A DNA stretch of 64,000 nt from an uncultured Planctomycetota bacterium (GTDB lineage Bacteria; Planctomycetota; Planctomycetia; Isosphaerales; Isosphaeraceae), in the NCBI GenBank assembly GCA_963756475.1, contig CAVWND010000012.1, positions 17,777 to 81,776 on the forward strand, written 5' to 3'. Shown here piece by piece: positions 11,834 through 23,213 of this stretch. Each line of letters starts with the position of its first letter. Position 1 is the first letter of the stretch. The position numbers were made by a program, and so were the translations under genes. Below the pieces are notes generated by a model that was given only the letters and a program-made list of their open reading frames with translations, was not told the origin of the DNA and did no database searches.

Positions 11834-12640
11834 ATGAATCCCAGACGCAAGCCATTCACGCCGGCCATTTCCCTTCTCGTCGAGACACTCGAAAGCCGCG
11901 TTGTCCTCTCGGCGGTCGCCCCTTCTCAGGGTGCCGCGGAGGTCGCCGCGCACACTTTGAACAAGTCGGGCACGCAGACGACGCTGGTCACCAGCGCCGG
12001 GACACTCGGCCAGCCGATCACGTTCAACGTGTCGGTTCGGGCCGCCGCCTCGGCCGGCTCGCCGACGGGGTCGGTCGAGTTGATCGACCAGGGGCAGGTG
12101 CTCCAGACGCTCACGCTCTCGCCGACCACTTCAACCAGCGCCAGATACGCGGTGAGCGGGGCCTCGCTCACGCTGACGCAGCCGCCGGGCGGCCCGTCGT
12201 TCTACTTCGGCAAGCATCAGGTCACCGCCGAATTCATCCCCTCGGGGGCGTTCGGCAAGAGCGTCAACACCAAGGCGTTCTTCGTCACTCAACCGAAGTA
12301 TTCCGCGCTGGGCGGCGGGGTGAAGGTCGCGACCATCACGCCGGGCTCGGGCCCGGCGATCCAGTCCGGCCAGACCGCCAACGTGCTCTACACCGGATAC
12401 CTCAAGCAGAACGGCCAGATCTTCGACGACTCGGCCAGCCACGGCGGGACGCCGCTGGCTTTCACCGTGGGCGCGGGGCAGGTCGTGCCCGGGTTCGACG
12501 CGGGGACGCTCGGCATGCAGGTGGGCGAGACGCGGATCATCTCGATCCCGCCGGCCCAGGGGTACGGAAACGTCGCCAACGGGCCAATCCCGGCGAACTC
12601 GACGATCCTCTTCGTCGTGACGCTGCAATCGATCACCTGA
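11834..12640 (+). CDS. FKBP-type PPIase with planctomycete extracellular signal and Ig-like domain
   Basis: ETLESRVVLS motif; VLYTGYL..GQIFDDS, GAGQVVPGFD, IPPAQGYG, IPANSTILFVV. Confidence 0.9.
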   Translation: MNPRRKPFTPAISLLVETLESRVVLSAVAPSQGAAEVAAHTLNKSGTQTTLVTSAGTLGQPITFNVSVRAAASAGSPTGSVELIDQGQVLQTLTLSPTTSTSARYAVSGASLTLTQPPGGPSFYFGKHQVTAEFIPSGAFGKSVNTKAFFVTQPKYSALGGGVKVATITPGSGPAIQSGQTANVLYTGYLKQNGQIFDDSASHGGTPLAFTVGAGQVVPGFDAGTLGMQVGETRIISIPPAQGYGNVANGPIPANSTILFVVTLQSIT

Positions 12641-12708
12641 TCCGGCCGAGATTGCATCTGACGAGTCAACCGCACGGCAGACGTTGCTGGTCGTTCCTGG
12701 ATTTTCCG

Positions 12709-13380
12709 TCACGCGATCTTCTTCGCGGCCAGCGACTCGTCCAGGAGCATGCGAGCGGTCTCGACGAGGAACTGCACGGCACTGTTCTCGATAACCGGGG
12801 TCATGAACCCGTGAACGATGGCGCTCCTCGCCTGGAAGAGCCCTTCGAGAGACCGGAAGTCGTGACTCTGGAGAACACCGGCGGAGTAGAGTTCGTTGAG
12901 CATCGTCCGCGGCGACGATCCCCAGCCAGTCTTCTCCCCGTTTGCGTGGAGCCTCCTTCGCATGGCGGCTTCCAGGATCGCCCACGCGGCGATGAGGGCT
13001 TGCTGGACGAAGCCGGCGTCGAGCAGCCGCTCGACGTCATCCAACGCTCGGCGAACGTCTTCCTCGGAAGGTTCCTTGGCGTCTTTCTTGTCCGGTATCG
13101 GTTGGCTTTCCGATTCCAGGACGATGACGTCGAATCTCCAACCGGGCTCCTTCTCCGTGATCTCCGCGGATCTCGGGATCTCGCGGTCCGCCGCAAGGTC
13201 CGATTGGCTTTCCTTGGCCGACGCGAGGACGCAGCCGTCGTCTCGCCGGGCGACGATCTCGACCTTGAAGTTCTTGGCGAATTCCGGCAGATCATCCGGC
13301 CCGGGTCGGACAACGACCTTGTACCCCTGGGCTCGGTATCGGTCAGCCAGTTGGTTCAGGCGTTGTTCGATGTTGCTCAT
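12709..13380 (-). CDS. REase-fold (AHJR-like) plus HEPN-like protein
   Basis: LADRYRAQGYKV..P..LPEF N-terminal domain; C-terminal AAWAILEAAMR helix and RSAIVH (Rx4H). Confidence 0.65.
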   Translation of the reverse strand: MSNIEQRLNQLADRYRAQGYKVVVRPGPDDLPEFAKNFKVEIVARRDDGCVLASAKESQSDLAADREIPRSAEITEKEPGWRFDVIVLESESQPIPDKKDAKEPSEEDVRRALDDVERLLDAGFVQQALIAAWAILEAAMRRRLHANGEKTGWGSSPRTMLNELYSAGVLQSHDFRSLEGLFQARSAIVHGFMTPVIENSAVQFLVETARMLLDESLAAKKIA

Positions 13381-13384
13381 GACA

Positions 13385-13804
13385 TCACTTCGGTAGTGGG
13401 AACGGGTCAACCGGGTCTTCGATCCGCACGTACACGAACTGCGAACCCGCCTGGAGTGCCGTCACGAGAACTTTGGAGACGCCCGCGATGGAGAACGCCG
13501 CGCCGATCTTCAAATGAACGATCTCGGCCTGGATAATCTGTCGATCATCTTCATAAATAATTTGTTGCATCTGATCAAGAATTGGTTTGGACATATTGTC
13601 CACGTTGACCGACGGCTTGTTTCCCGCGTAGAAGTTGATAACGATCGCTTTCAGATGTCCCGTCAAGAGAGGGTTGAAACCGAGTGGTCGAGCCGCTCCC
13701 GCGATGATCGTGCGCCATGCCGCCAGGTTTGCTTTCCCGTTGAGCGTGCTTTGTTGATTCGAGATCGGCGGGCCTGGAACCACGAACTCCGGGTGCATGG
13801 CCAT
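13385..13804 (-). CDS. RusA-family resolvase-like protein
   Basis: FVVPGPP, NVDNMSKPILD, YEDDRQI motifs; lower GC than flanks. Confidence 0.8.
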   Translation of the reverse strand: MAMHPEFVVPGPPISNQQSTLNGKANLAAWRTIIAGAARPLGFNPLLTGHLKAIVINFYAGNKPSVNVDNMSKPILDQMQQIIYEDDRQIIQAEIVHLKIGAAFSIAGVSKVLVTALQAGSQFVYVRIEDPVDPFPLPK

Positions 13805-13973
13805 CGGTAAACGCACACCCCATGTCCCGGCGGTCAACCCACCCTGATATTGTATCGATGCCACTTCAACGCGACAAGCAAACCCCAAACACCAAGGAAT
13901 GCCATCGAGCGGGGCTGCGGACCTCCTGAATCGTTGTCTCACCCTCCTCTCGACAACTCCAGATGGTGCTTCT

Positions 13974-15002
13974 CTAGAGAACCAACATCGCATCGCCATA
14001 ACTATAAAAGCGATACTCGCGGCGGACGGCCTCCTCGTACGCCGCGCGGATCAGTTCGACGCCGGCCAGAGCCGAGACCAGGACGAGCAGGCTGCTCCGG
14101 GGCAGGTGGAAGTTGGTCAGGAGGGCGTCGACCCCTTTGAAGGCGTGGCCGGGGCGGAGGTAGAGCGCCGTCTCGCCCACGAACGGCTCGAACCGGCCCG
14201 AGGCGGCGGCGGTTTCCAGGGTCCGCGCGGAGGTCGTGCCGACCGCGACGACCCGGCCCCCTTCGGCCTTCCGGCGGTTCAGGAGATCGGCGACCTCGGG
14301 GGTCAGCTCCGCGCGCTCGGCGTGGAGGACGTGGTCCTCGATCCGCTCGGCCTCGATCGGCCGGAACGTGCCGATCCCGACGTGCAAGGTCACGTCCACC
14401 CGCTCGACCCCCCGGCGGCCGAGCCGGTCGAAGACCTCGGGTGTGAAGTGCAGCCCCGCCGTCGGCGCGGCGACCGAGCCGGGGACCTCGGCGTAGACCG
14501 TCTGATACCGGTCCCGGTCGCCGCTCGCCTCGACCCCCTTGCGGATGTAAGGGGGCAACGGGACCAGGCCGTGAACCTCCAGGAGCCGCTCGGCCGATCC
14601 GCCCGATTCGGGACGAACCGCCCAGCGCCCCTCGCCGATCGAGCCTTCCAGGATCAAATTCAAACCCGACCCGACCACAACCCGCTCTCCGACCTGAGGC
14701 CGACCCCGGGTCTTCGCCAGGATTTCCCAGGACCCGTCGGGGAGGGTCCGCAAATAGAGCCCCTCCCAGCGCCCGCCGGTCGCCTCGCGGACGCCGACCA
14801 GCCGGGCGGGGATGACCTTCGAGTTGTTCCGGACGAGGACGTCGCCGGGTTTGAGGAGGTCGGGCAAATCGGCGAAAACCCGGTGCTCCCAGGTTGCCCC
14901 GGCCCGCCGGACGACCATCAACCGCGAGCGGTCGCGAGGCTCGACCGCGTCCTGCGCGATCAGGCCGTCCGGGAGCGTGAAATCAAACGCCGACGTGTCC
15001 AA
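13974..15002 (-). CDS. queA: S-adenosylmethionine:tRNA ribosyltransferase-isomerase
   Basis: PLPPYI, YQTVYA..PGSVAAPTAGLHF, TLHVGIGTF, TNFHLPRS, YSYGDAM. Confidence 0.98.
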   Translation of the reverse strand: MDTSAFDFTLPDGLIAQDAVEPRDRSRLMVVRRAGATWEHRVFADLPDLLKPGDVLVRNNSKVIPARLVGVREATGGRWEGLYLRTLPDGSWEILAKTRGRPQVGERVVVGSGLNLILEGSIGEGRWAVRPESGGSAERLLEVHGLVPLPPYIRKGVEASGDRDRYQTVYAEVPGSVAAPTAGLHFTPEVFDRLGRRGVERVDVTLHVGIGTFRPIEAERIEDHVLHAERAELTPEVADLLNRRKAEGGRVVAVGTTSARTLETAAASGRFEPFVGETALYLRPGHAFKGVDALLTNFHLPRSSLLVLVSALAGVELIRAAYEEAVRREYRFYSYGDAMLVL

Positions 15003-15075
15003 GTCCCCTTCCTCCTCCCAACCCTTTGACGGACAATCTTAGCGGGTCGATCAACTCGGGAAAGGAGGGGATCTC

Positions 15076-15771
15076 ATGGCGACCGCCTCGACCAGGGCCA
15101 ACGTCCACTACCCCGAGTCCGATGGGGAGCCGATGGGCGAGACGATCGAGCACCGCGACGCCAACATCGACCTGATCCAGTCCCTCCAGGACTGGTTCGC
15201 CGACGACCCCCTGGCCTACGTCTCCGGGGATGACTTCATCTATTATGTCGAGGGCCAGCCCAAGTTCGTCGTCTCGCCCGACGTCTGGTCCTGCCGGGGG
15301 ATCGACAAGTCGATCCGCCGCCAGATCTACAAGACCTGGCTCGAAGCGGGCAAGGGGCCCGAATTCGTCATCGAGCTGACCTCCCCCTCGACCCGCCGCG
15401 TTGACCGGGGCAAGAAGCTCCGGATCTACCGCGATGACCTCAAGGTCTTCGAGTATTTCCTCTTCGACCCCCTGGGCGAGTACCTCACGCCGGTCCTGCA
15501 AGGCTACCGGCTGACCGAGGGGGAATATCGCCCGATCGAGCCGATTGACGGCCGGCTCCCGAGCGAGTACCTGCGCCTGCACCTGGAGCCCGAGGCCCAC
15601 TTCCTCCGCCTCTTCGACCCGGCGACCGGCCGGCGCCTGCTCAACCGGCTCGAACGGCTCGAACAGGCCGAGAGAGCCCTCCACGAATCCGAAGCGGAGA
15701 TCGAACGGCTCCGCCGCGAGCTGGAGGCCCTCCGGGCCGAACCCAGGACGAAGCCGAAGAAGCGGAAGTGA
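15076..15771 (+). CDS. Uma2 family endonuclease
   Basis: YPESDGEPMGE, SPDVW, FVIELTSPST, EYFLFDP, coiled-coil tail. Confidence 0.92.
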   Translation: MATASTRANVHYPESDGEPMGETIEHRDANIDLIQSLQDWFADDPLAYVSGDDFIYYVEGQPKFVVSPDVWSCRGIDKSIRRQIYKTWLEAGKGPEFVIELTSPSTRRVDRGKKLRIYRDDLKVFEYFLFDPLGEYLTPVLQGYRLTEGEYRPIEPIDGRLPSEYLRLHLEPEAHFLRLFDPATGRRLLNRLERLEQAERALHESEAEIERLRRELEALRAEPRTKPKKRK

Positions 15772-15805
15772 CGCGATCCACCGAGCAAGCGAGGGAGGGG
15801 ATGCC

Positions 15806-16570
15806 ATGGCGACCGCCTCGACCAGGGCCGACGTCGTCTATCCGGAGTCCGACGGCAAGCCGATGGCAGAGACGACCTATCATCGCGACGTCATGATCGG
15901 GCTGATCGTGGGGCTCCGCGACTGGTTCGCCGCCGACCCGCTGGCCTACGTCTCGGGAAACGAGTTTCTTTACTGGGTCGAGGGCGACCCGCGCCGGAAT
16001 GTCTCGCCCGACGTCTGGTTCGTCCGGGGGATCGACAAGACGATTCTCCGGCCTTCCTACAAGACCTGGCTGGAGGGGGGCAAGGGTCCCGACTTCGTCC
16101 TCGAAGCGACCTCGCGCTCGACCCGGCGCGAGGATCGGGGCAAGAAGCTCCGGATCTACCGTGACGAGCTGAAAGTCCGCGAGTATTTCCTCTTCGATCC
16201 ACTCGGCGAGTACCTCAAGCCGTCCCTGGAGGGTCACCGACTGTTCGAGGGGGAATACCGGCCGATCGAGCCCGTCAACGGGCGGCTCCCGAGTGAAGTG
16301 CTGGGCCTGCACCTGGAAGCCGACGGTCGCCTGGTGGGGCTGTTCAACCCGGCGACCAACCAGCGGATTCTGAACCGGCTGGAGGCGCTCGAAGAGGAGC
16401 GGGAGGCCCTCCGTCGGAGAGACGCCGAACTTCAGCAGGAGAGGGAAGCTCACCAGTTGGCGGACGCGGCCCTCCGCGAATCCGAAGCGGAAATCGAACG
16501 CCTCCGCCGCGAGCTGGAGGCCCTCCGGGGCGGCCCCGGGCCGAAATCGAAGCCAAAGAAGCGGAAATAG
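15806..16570 (+). CDS. Uma2 family endonuclease, tandem paralog
   Basis: YPESDGKPMAE, SPDVW, LEATSRST, EYFLFDP. Confidence 0.92.
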   Translation: MATASTRADVVYPESDGKPMAETTYHRDVMIGLIVGLRDWFAADPLAYVSGNEFLYWVEGDPRRNVSPDVWFVRGIDKTILRPSYKTWLEGGKGPDFVLEATSRSTRREDRGKKLRIYRDELKVREYFLFDPLGEYLKPSLEGHRLFEGEYRPIEPVNGRLPSEVLGLHLEADGRLVGLFNPATNQRILNRLEALEEEREALRRRDAELQQEREAHQLADAALRESEAEIERLRRELEALRGGPGPKSKPKKRK

Positions 16571-16574
16571 ACGG

Positions 16575-17743
16575 TTGCAACCCCTCGCCCGGAGACTCGC
16601 GACGGTCCCTCGAAGGCCCTGGCCGGGCGAGCCGGTGCCGATCGCGCTGGTGATCACCGACCTGGACGTCGGCGGGGCCGAGCGGGCGCTCGTCGCCCTG
16701 GCGACGGGTCTCGACCGCCGGCGCTGGCGACCCTCGGTCGTGGCCCTCGATCGGGAAGGGGCCCTCGCCGGGCCGCTCCGGGCCGCCGGGATCGCGGTCG
16801 AATGTCTGGGCGTCAACCGTCGCCGGCCCGATCGCGCGGTCCTGGCGCTGGCCGGGGCGTTGCGGCGGTCGAGACCGCGACTGGTGCAGAGTTTCTTATT
16901 CCACGCGAACGTGGCGGCAAGGCTCGCGAGCCCCCTGGCGGGCCGGCCGTGGGTGATCGGCGGCCTCCGCGTGGCCGAGCGCCAGAGGCACTGGCACCTG
17001 ACGCTCGACCGGCTCACGAGCGGGCTTTCGGCCGGCTCGGTCTGCGTCTCGGAGGGGGTCCGCCGGTTCAGCGTCGAGTCCGGCCGGCTCGATCCCGAGC
17101 GCCTGGTCGTGATCCCCAACGGCGTCGATCCCGGGCCGTTCGATCGGGCCGTCCCCGTCAATCGGGCGGGTCTTGGGGTCCCTCCGGACGCCTTCTTGAC
17201 GCTCTACATCGGCCGGCTCGACCCTCAAAAAGGGCTGGATGTCCTGCTCGGGGCGGCGGCGAAGGTCGCCGAGGCCCGGCCCGACTGGCATCTCGCCCTC
17301 GTCGGCGACGGCCCCGAGCGCGAGGCCCTCGATTTGCAAATCGAAGCCAACCCGACCCTGAAAAAACGAACCCACCGGCTTGGCCGACGCGATGACGTGC
17401 CGGGGTTGCTCGGGGCTTCCCACCTGCTCGTTCTACCCTCGCTCTGGGAGGGGATGCCGAACGTCGTCCTGGAGGCGATGGCCGCGCGAGGGCGGTCGTG
17501 GCCACGTCGGTCGAGGGGACCGAGGACCTGGTGATCTCGGGCCAGACCGGCTGGCTCGTCCCGCCGGGCGATGCCGGGTCGCTCGCCGGGGCGCTCCTCG
17601 AAGCCGCGTCCGACCCGGCGCGGCTCGGCCGGTTTGGCGAGGCCGCGCGGGCTCGGGTTGAGTCCGATTTCACGCCCGCCCGGGTGGTCGAGGCTTACGA
17701 ACGCCTCTGGGCGGGCGTGCTCGGGCTGGATTTCACCTCATGA
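16575..17743 (+). CDS. Glycosyltransferase family 4 (frameshift near 17490)
   Basis: DLDVGGAE, VIPNGVD, IGRLDPQKG, PSLWEGMPNVVLEAMA. Confidence 0.9.
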
Positions 17744-19250
17744 CCGTGGCGATCGCCTCGCGGGCGCGGTTCATCAGGGGGCTGTCGGGGGTCCCGGCGC
17801 CGGGGAGGTTGAACATCATCGCGGCGGCCAGAGCGGGCCGCCACTTCGGGTCGGCGGCGAGCTGGCATTCCTCCCAGGCCGCGGCGCCGTACTTGTAGTC
17901 GTGGGCGTTGGTCCCCTTGTGGAAGATCATCCGCCGGGCGGCGGCGAAGACCAGGTCGGACGAACCCCCTCGGGCAAGGTATCCCACCGTCTTCTCGGCC
18001 GCCTGGGTTCGATTTTTCGGGATCGCGGCGAAGAGCTCGCCGACGGCCTCGTCCCCCGCCGAGTCGGGCGCGTGCGCTTCGAGCGCGTCGACCCGGATCG
18101 CGCCGTCGGGCCTGTTCCGGCCCCGATAGAGCGGGAGCCAGCCGACGGCCTGGAGCAGGGCGAGCCGACGCGTGGTGTCGTCGCCGCTGGCCCCGTAGAT
18201 GAAGTGGAGCGCGTTGGCGGCCGTGACGGCGTGGAGCGAGAGGATGCCGGGGCTCCTCATGAGCAGCTCATTGCCGCCGAGGACCACCGCGTCCCAGAGC
18301 GAATCCGGCGAGGCCCCGCCGTTGAGCAGCCGGACGGCCTCGACCGAGGCTCCTTCGGGCGTCGCCTGGCGGATCACCTCCAGGAGCGCGACGGTCGCGG
18401 CGGGGTCAGCCTTGCCAACCTGCCAGTTGTCGCGGATCTTCTTCGCCTGCTCCAGGTTGGCGTCATACGGCCCGACAACGACGGGTCGTTTGTCGCCCCC
18501 GAGGTCGAGCATCCCGAAGGCGAGCGAACGGAGCACGGGCTCGGCGTGCTGCCAGCCGATCGCCTGCAAGGTCCGCCAGCACTGGGCGGCGAAGATCGCC
18601 TTGTGGCCGATGTCGCGCTGGTCGCGGACGGCGAACCGCCAGAACGCCTCCATCGTCTCGGCCGCGCCCGCCTCCCGGCAGAGCCCGGCGGCGGCGACGT
18701 CCGCCGCGTCGACGTCCCACGCCTCCATCGCCTTGACGAACGCCGCCTTCGCCGCGTTCGGCCCGGGGACCTTGCCCTCATCGACCTTGTTGAGCGTCCA
18801 GTCCCCTTCCTTGATGTCCTGCGCCTGCGAGGCCTTGAAGTTATCGAGTGCCCAGAGCAGGGGCAGGAGCCGCTCGTCAACGCCGGCGGTCTGGCCGAGC
18901 AGGTGCGCCGAGTTGATCACGAGCACGGCGTGGAACTTGAACCCCACGGGCCGGGGCTTGACGTTCCGGATGCCAGCCAGGAACAGGCCCGAGAGCAGAT
19001 CTCGATAGGAGAGCCCCGCCTTGAGCTGGGCGATGGCGGTCTCCATCGCCTTCTCGCGGGGGGTCTCTTCGATCCACCGGACAACCGGCTCGATCTCGGG
19101 CCGGAACCGGACCGCGTCCGGCCCGACCGCCATGTCCGCCGCCGAGGCCGGGGTGATCCGCCCCAGGCTCGACCACCCCGCCAACCCCGCGCCCAGGCCC
19201 AGGGCCGAGGCCGATTGCAAGAACCGTCGCCGCCGGAGATTCCCCGCCAT
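17733..19250 (-). CDS. Tat-exported conserved hypothetical protein
   Basis: LRRRRFLQ Tat motif; helical body with FHAVLVINSAH, IGHKAI, LHAVTAANALH, AHDYKY. Confidence 0.82.
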   Translation of the reverse strand: MAGNLRRRRFLQSASALGLGAGLAGWSSLGRITPASAADMAVGPDAVRFRPEIEPVVRWIEETPREKAMETAIAQLKAGLSYRDLLSGLFLAGIRNVKPRPVGFKFHAVLVINSAHLLGQTAGVDERLLPLLWALDNFKASQAQDIKEGDWTLNKVDEGKVPGPNAAKAAFVKAMEAWDVDAADVAAAGLCREAGAAETMEAFWRFAVRDQRDIGHKAIFAAQCWRTLQAIGWQHAEPVLRSLAFGMLDLGGDKRPVVVGPYDANLEQAKKIRDNWQVGKADPAATVALLEVIRQATPEGASVEAVRLLNGGASPDSLWDAVVLGGNELLMRSPGILSLHAVTAANALHFIYGASGDDTTRRLALLQAVGWLPLYRGRNRPDGAIRVDALEAHAPDSAGDEAVGELFAAIPKNRTQAAEKTVGYLARGGSSDLVFAAARRMIFHKGTNAHDYKYGAAAWEECQLAADPKWRPALAAAMMFNLPGAGTPDSPLMNRAREAIATVMR

Positions 19251-19478
19251 CGCCGGGCCTCCTTGATTGGGAATGGAATGGAGAGTGAAACCATCGGCCA
19301 ATAGTCGGCACCCGGCGCAGAGGACCCCCGATGCCCGACCCCACCCGCCAGTATGGACCGACCCGACCGGGGATGCCAGAGGCCAGCGGCGAGGGGTTGT
19401 CGACATCGCGGCGATTACGGATGATCCATGAAGCCGAGAAGGTTCCCAGCCGTCGAGCCCGGCGAACGGAGTGAAATC

Positions 19479-19778
19479 ATGGCTGTTCCCAGGATCTATG
19501 CCGATTTCCAGAATCTGGACGACGACAATCGCTTGCACTTGAATTGCGTCGGCACCCTCCAGGATCTGGAGCAACAAGGGGTCCGGCTGACCGATGGGCT
19601 CGTCGTGACCCTTTACACGGACGATGCGGACGATCGCGGTCAACCCGATGAAATGCGGGCCGAAGGCGTCGTCCATTTTGACAAAGCCCAACAATGCTGG
19701 GTCGCCGAGATCGACTGGGATCGTCTCTGGCATGCCTCGGACGAACCGATCCCCCTCGCCGGACGTGAGAGCGCCTGA
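19479..19778 (+). CDS. Small acidic hypothetical protein
   Basis: 99-aa ORF MAVPRIYADFQNLD with GGAG RBS. Confidence 0.7.
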   Translation: MAVPRIYADFQNLDDDNRLHLNCVGTLQDLEQQGVRLTDGLVVTLYTDDADDRGQPDEMRAEGVVHFDKAQQCWVAEIDWDRLWHASDEPIPLAGRESA

Positions 19779-19828
19779 TCGGCCCGACTGGCAGTGGTGG
19801 AGGATAACGTAGGAGATTAGAGAGTTCG

Positions 19829-20239
19829 ATGGCCGCCAATATCTATGCGATGCCGGCCTCATACTTCAAGCTGGTGAAGCAATTCCCGCTCACCAAGATC
19901 CGGGACGATGACCACCTTGAGGCGGCCTTCGAGGTGATCGATCATCTGTTGATGATGGACCTCGACGAGGGCCAGGAAGCCTATCTGGACGCCCTATCGG
20001 ACCTCGTCGAGGTGTACGAGGACGCCAACGTCTTCATCCCTGACGCCTCCGAGGCCGACGTCCTCCGATCGCTGATGGAGGCGAACCGGCTCAGTCAGAC
20101 GCAGCTCGCCAGGGAGGTCAAGATCTCGCAGTCCACCCTCTCGGCGGTCCTGAATGGCTCCCGGTCGCTCACGAAGGAGCAAATGGCGAAGCTTGGCCGC
20201 CGCTTCAACCTGCCGGCGTCGGTGTTCCTGCCGGATTGA
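19829..20239 (+). CDS. HigA-type HTH antitoxin / regulator
   Basis: YLDALSDLVEVYED, LRSLME..LSQTQLA..ISQSTLSAVLNGSRSLT. Confidence 0.88.
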   Translation: MAANIYAMPASYFKLVKQFPLTKIRDDDHLEAAFEVIDHLLMMDLDEGQEAYLDALSDLVEVYEDANVFIPDASEADVLRSLMEANRLSQTQLAREVKISQSTLSAVLNGSRSLTKEQMAKLGRRFNLPASVFLPD

Positions 20240-20246
20240 TCGGCCC

Positions 20247-20756
20247 CTATTCAACCGTCCGGATCTCCGAAAGCCAATCGGGCACGTGATCCAGGGACAC
20301 CAGGACTTCCTCGTCCATGGTGAGGCCCCCGACGACCTCCCTCAGGATGATGAGCGTGGCCCGGTTGACGACATGCTGCCAGTCGCCGACCGCCTCGGAA
20401 AGCCTGCTCACGAACCGGTCGGTCTCGTCCCACTGTTGCGGGCCGGCACTCGACAGGTGCTCGCACAGGCGGCCGTCATCGGGCAGGGAATAGCCGTAGA
20501 TCTCGAATCGATCGGCATGGATGGTCAGAGGCCGTGGCTGGTCAGGCGGAGTGAGCCAGCGATGGAACAGGTCTCCCATCGACCAGCGGTCCGCCCACTC
20601 GATGAAATGAACGACGGGCAGGGCGAGCGCGTGAGACCGCAATCGGTCGGCGAATGAATCGGCCTGGCGACGGACTTCCCGCGGCCATTGCTCGCTGCCC
20701 CACTCATCCGGATCGGCGGATTGTCTGGCCGCCGACCATTCTTGCAGGCGAAGCAT
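20247..20756 (-). CDS. Hypothetical protein
   Basis: 169-aa ORF with GGAGG RBS and ordinary composition. Confidence 0.6.
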   Translation of the reverse strand: MLRLQEWSAARQSADPDEWGSEQWPREVRRQADSFADRLRSHALALPVVHFIEWADRWSMGDLFHRWLTPPDQPRPLTIHADRFEIYGYSLPDDGRLCEHLSSAGPQQWDETDRFVSRLSEAVGDWQHVVNRATLIILREVVGGLTMDEEVLVSLDHVPDWLSEIRTVE

Positions 20757-20874
20757 GGCGACCTCCGCCGCGAGCCCGCCAATCTTCGCGATGGTGATTC
20801 GTTGCGTCGCCAGGAGATCGACCCCCCTCCACGGTACGGTCTCACTCCAACATTCATGACCGTCCGTTGGACAC

Positions 20875-22276
<1,402 letters not shown>

Positions 22277-22363
22277 GACTGGTCGTCCCTATCCCTGGGC
22301 TCCGCGGACCCTGCGACGGTCGCGGAGTCTTGACTGGGGTCGTTCAATAAGAGAAAACACATA

Positions 22364-22603
22364 TCAATTCGCTCGTCTTGTGCGTTCCCATTCCTTTTCG
22401 GCCTCCCGCTTTTTGAACGCCTCCGCGTCCTGATCCCTATCGTACTCCTCCTGGGTCTTGCCGCCGCGAAGCTCGTAGGCGATGAAGTCGAGGAGGTGTT
22501 TGGAGAACGACTTGGACTCTCCGGGCTCTCTGGATGGGATGCTCGAGCAGCCGACCATCGGCAGCATTGAGGTCAGCAGGAACAGGGCGATGGATCGTCT
22601 CAT
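22364..22603 (-). CDS. Small putative lipoprotein
   Basis: MRRSIALFLLTSMLPMVGC lipobox followed by a charged helix. Confidence 0.65.
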   Translation of the reverse strand: MRRSIALFLLTSMLPMVGCSSIPSREPGESKSFSKHLLDFIAYELRGGKTQEEYDRDQDAEAFKKREAEKEWERTRRAN

Positions 22604-22623
22604 CGATCGGTATCCGTATATCG

Positions 22624-22741
22624 CTCGTTCCCACGCTCCGCGTGGGAATGCCTCTTCCGACGCTCCGCGTCGATCCCGATTCCTTCCCGGGGGGACGCAG
22701 AGCGTCCAGGACGGCATTCCCACGCGGAACGTGGGAACGAG
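22624..22741. repeat. REP-like palindrome
   Basis: CTCGTTCCCACGCTCCGCGTGGGAATGCC...GGCATTCCCACGCGGAACGTGGGAACGAG. Confidence 0.9.
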
Positions 22742-22914
22742 TAAAGGGGATTTTGTCGGGTGGGCACGGCCCACTCTCCTCATCCTTCCACGCATTCCGG
22801 ATCATTTCCTGCCCGATACAGAATGTCCGATGATCGATGAGAATTCCGTTCGGGGGCATGGACCCTTCGGTCATTGGTCATCAGTGATCGAGCATGGAAT
22901 TTCCGGAATCCGTA

Positions 22915-23177
22915 TCAGTGAGGATAACCGGCATCCTGGTAGAGATCTCTCGCCTCGTTCTGCTCACGCTTGGTCCTCTCGTCGTCGGTCTCGAGCAATT
23001 TCGCGTCCTCGGCCGCCTGATCCTTGTCTACGAGGGGCTGTCCCGACGGGTTGGCGCGGCGGTCTGGCCGAAGGGGTGGGAGATCCAGGTGTTGAGAGAC
23101 GTTCGCTCCCCGGTCGAGTCGCTCGCGCAGCCGGTCAGCGGCAGGAGAAGCAGCGTGATCGGGACGAATCGCCTCAT
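22915..23177 (-). CDS. Small putative lipoprotein (probable frameshift)
   Basis: MRRFVPITLLLLPLTGC lipobox; a charged tail continues in the adjacent frame. Confidence 0.55.
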
Positions 23178-23213
23178 GGCACGGTTCCTCGCTCGATAGG
23201 CCACGGGACGCGA

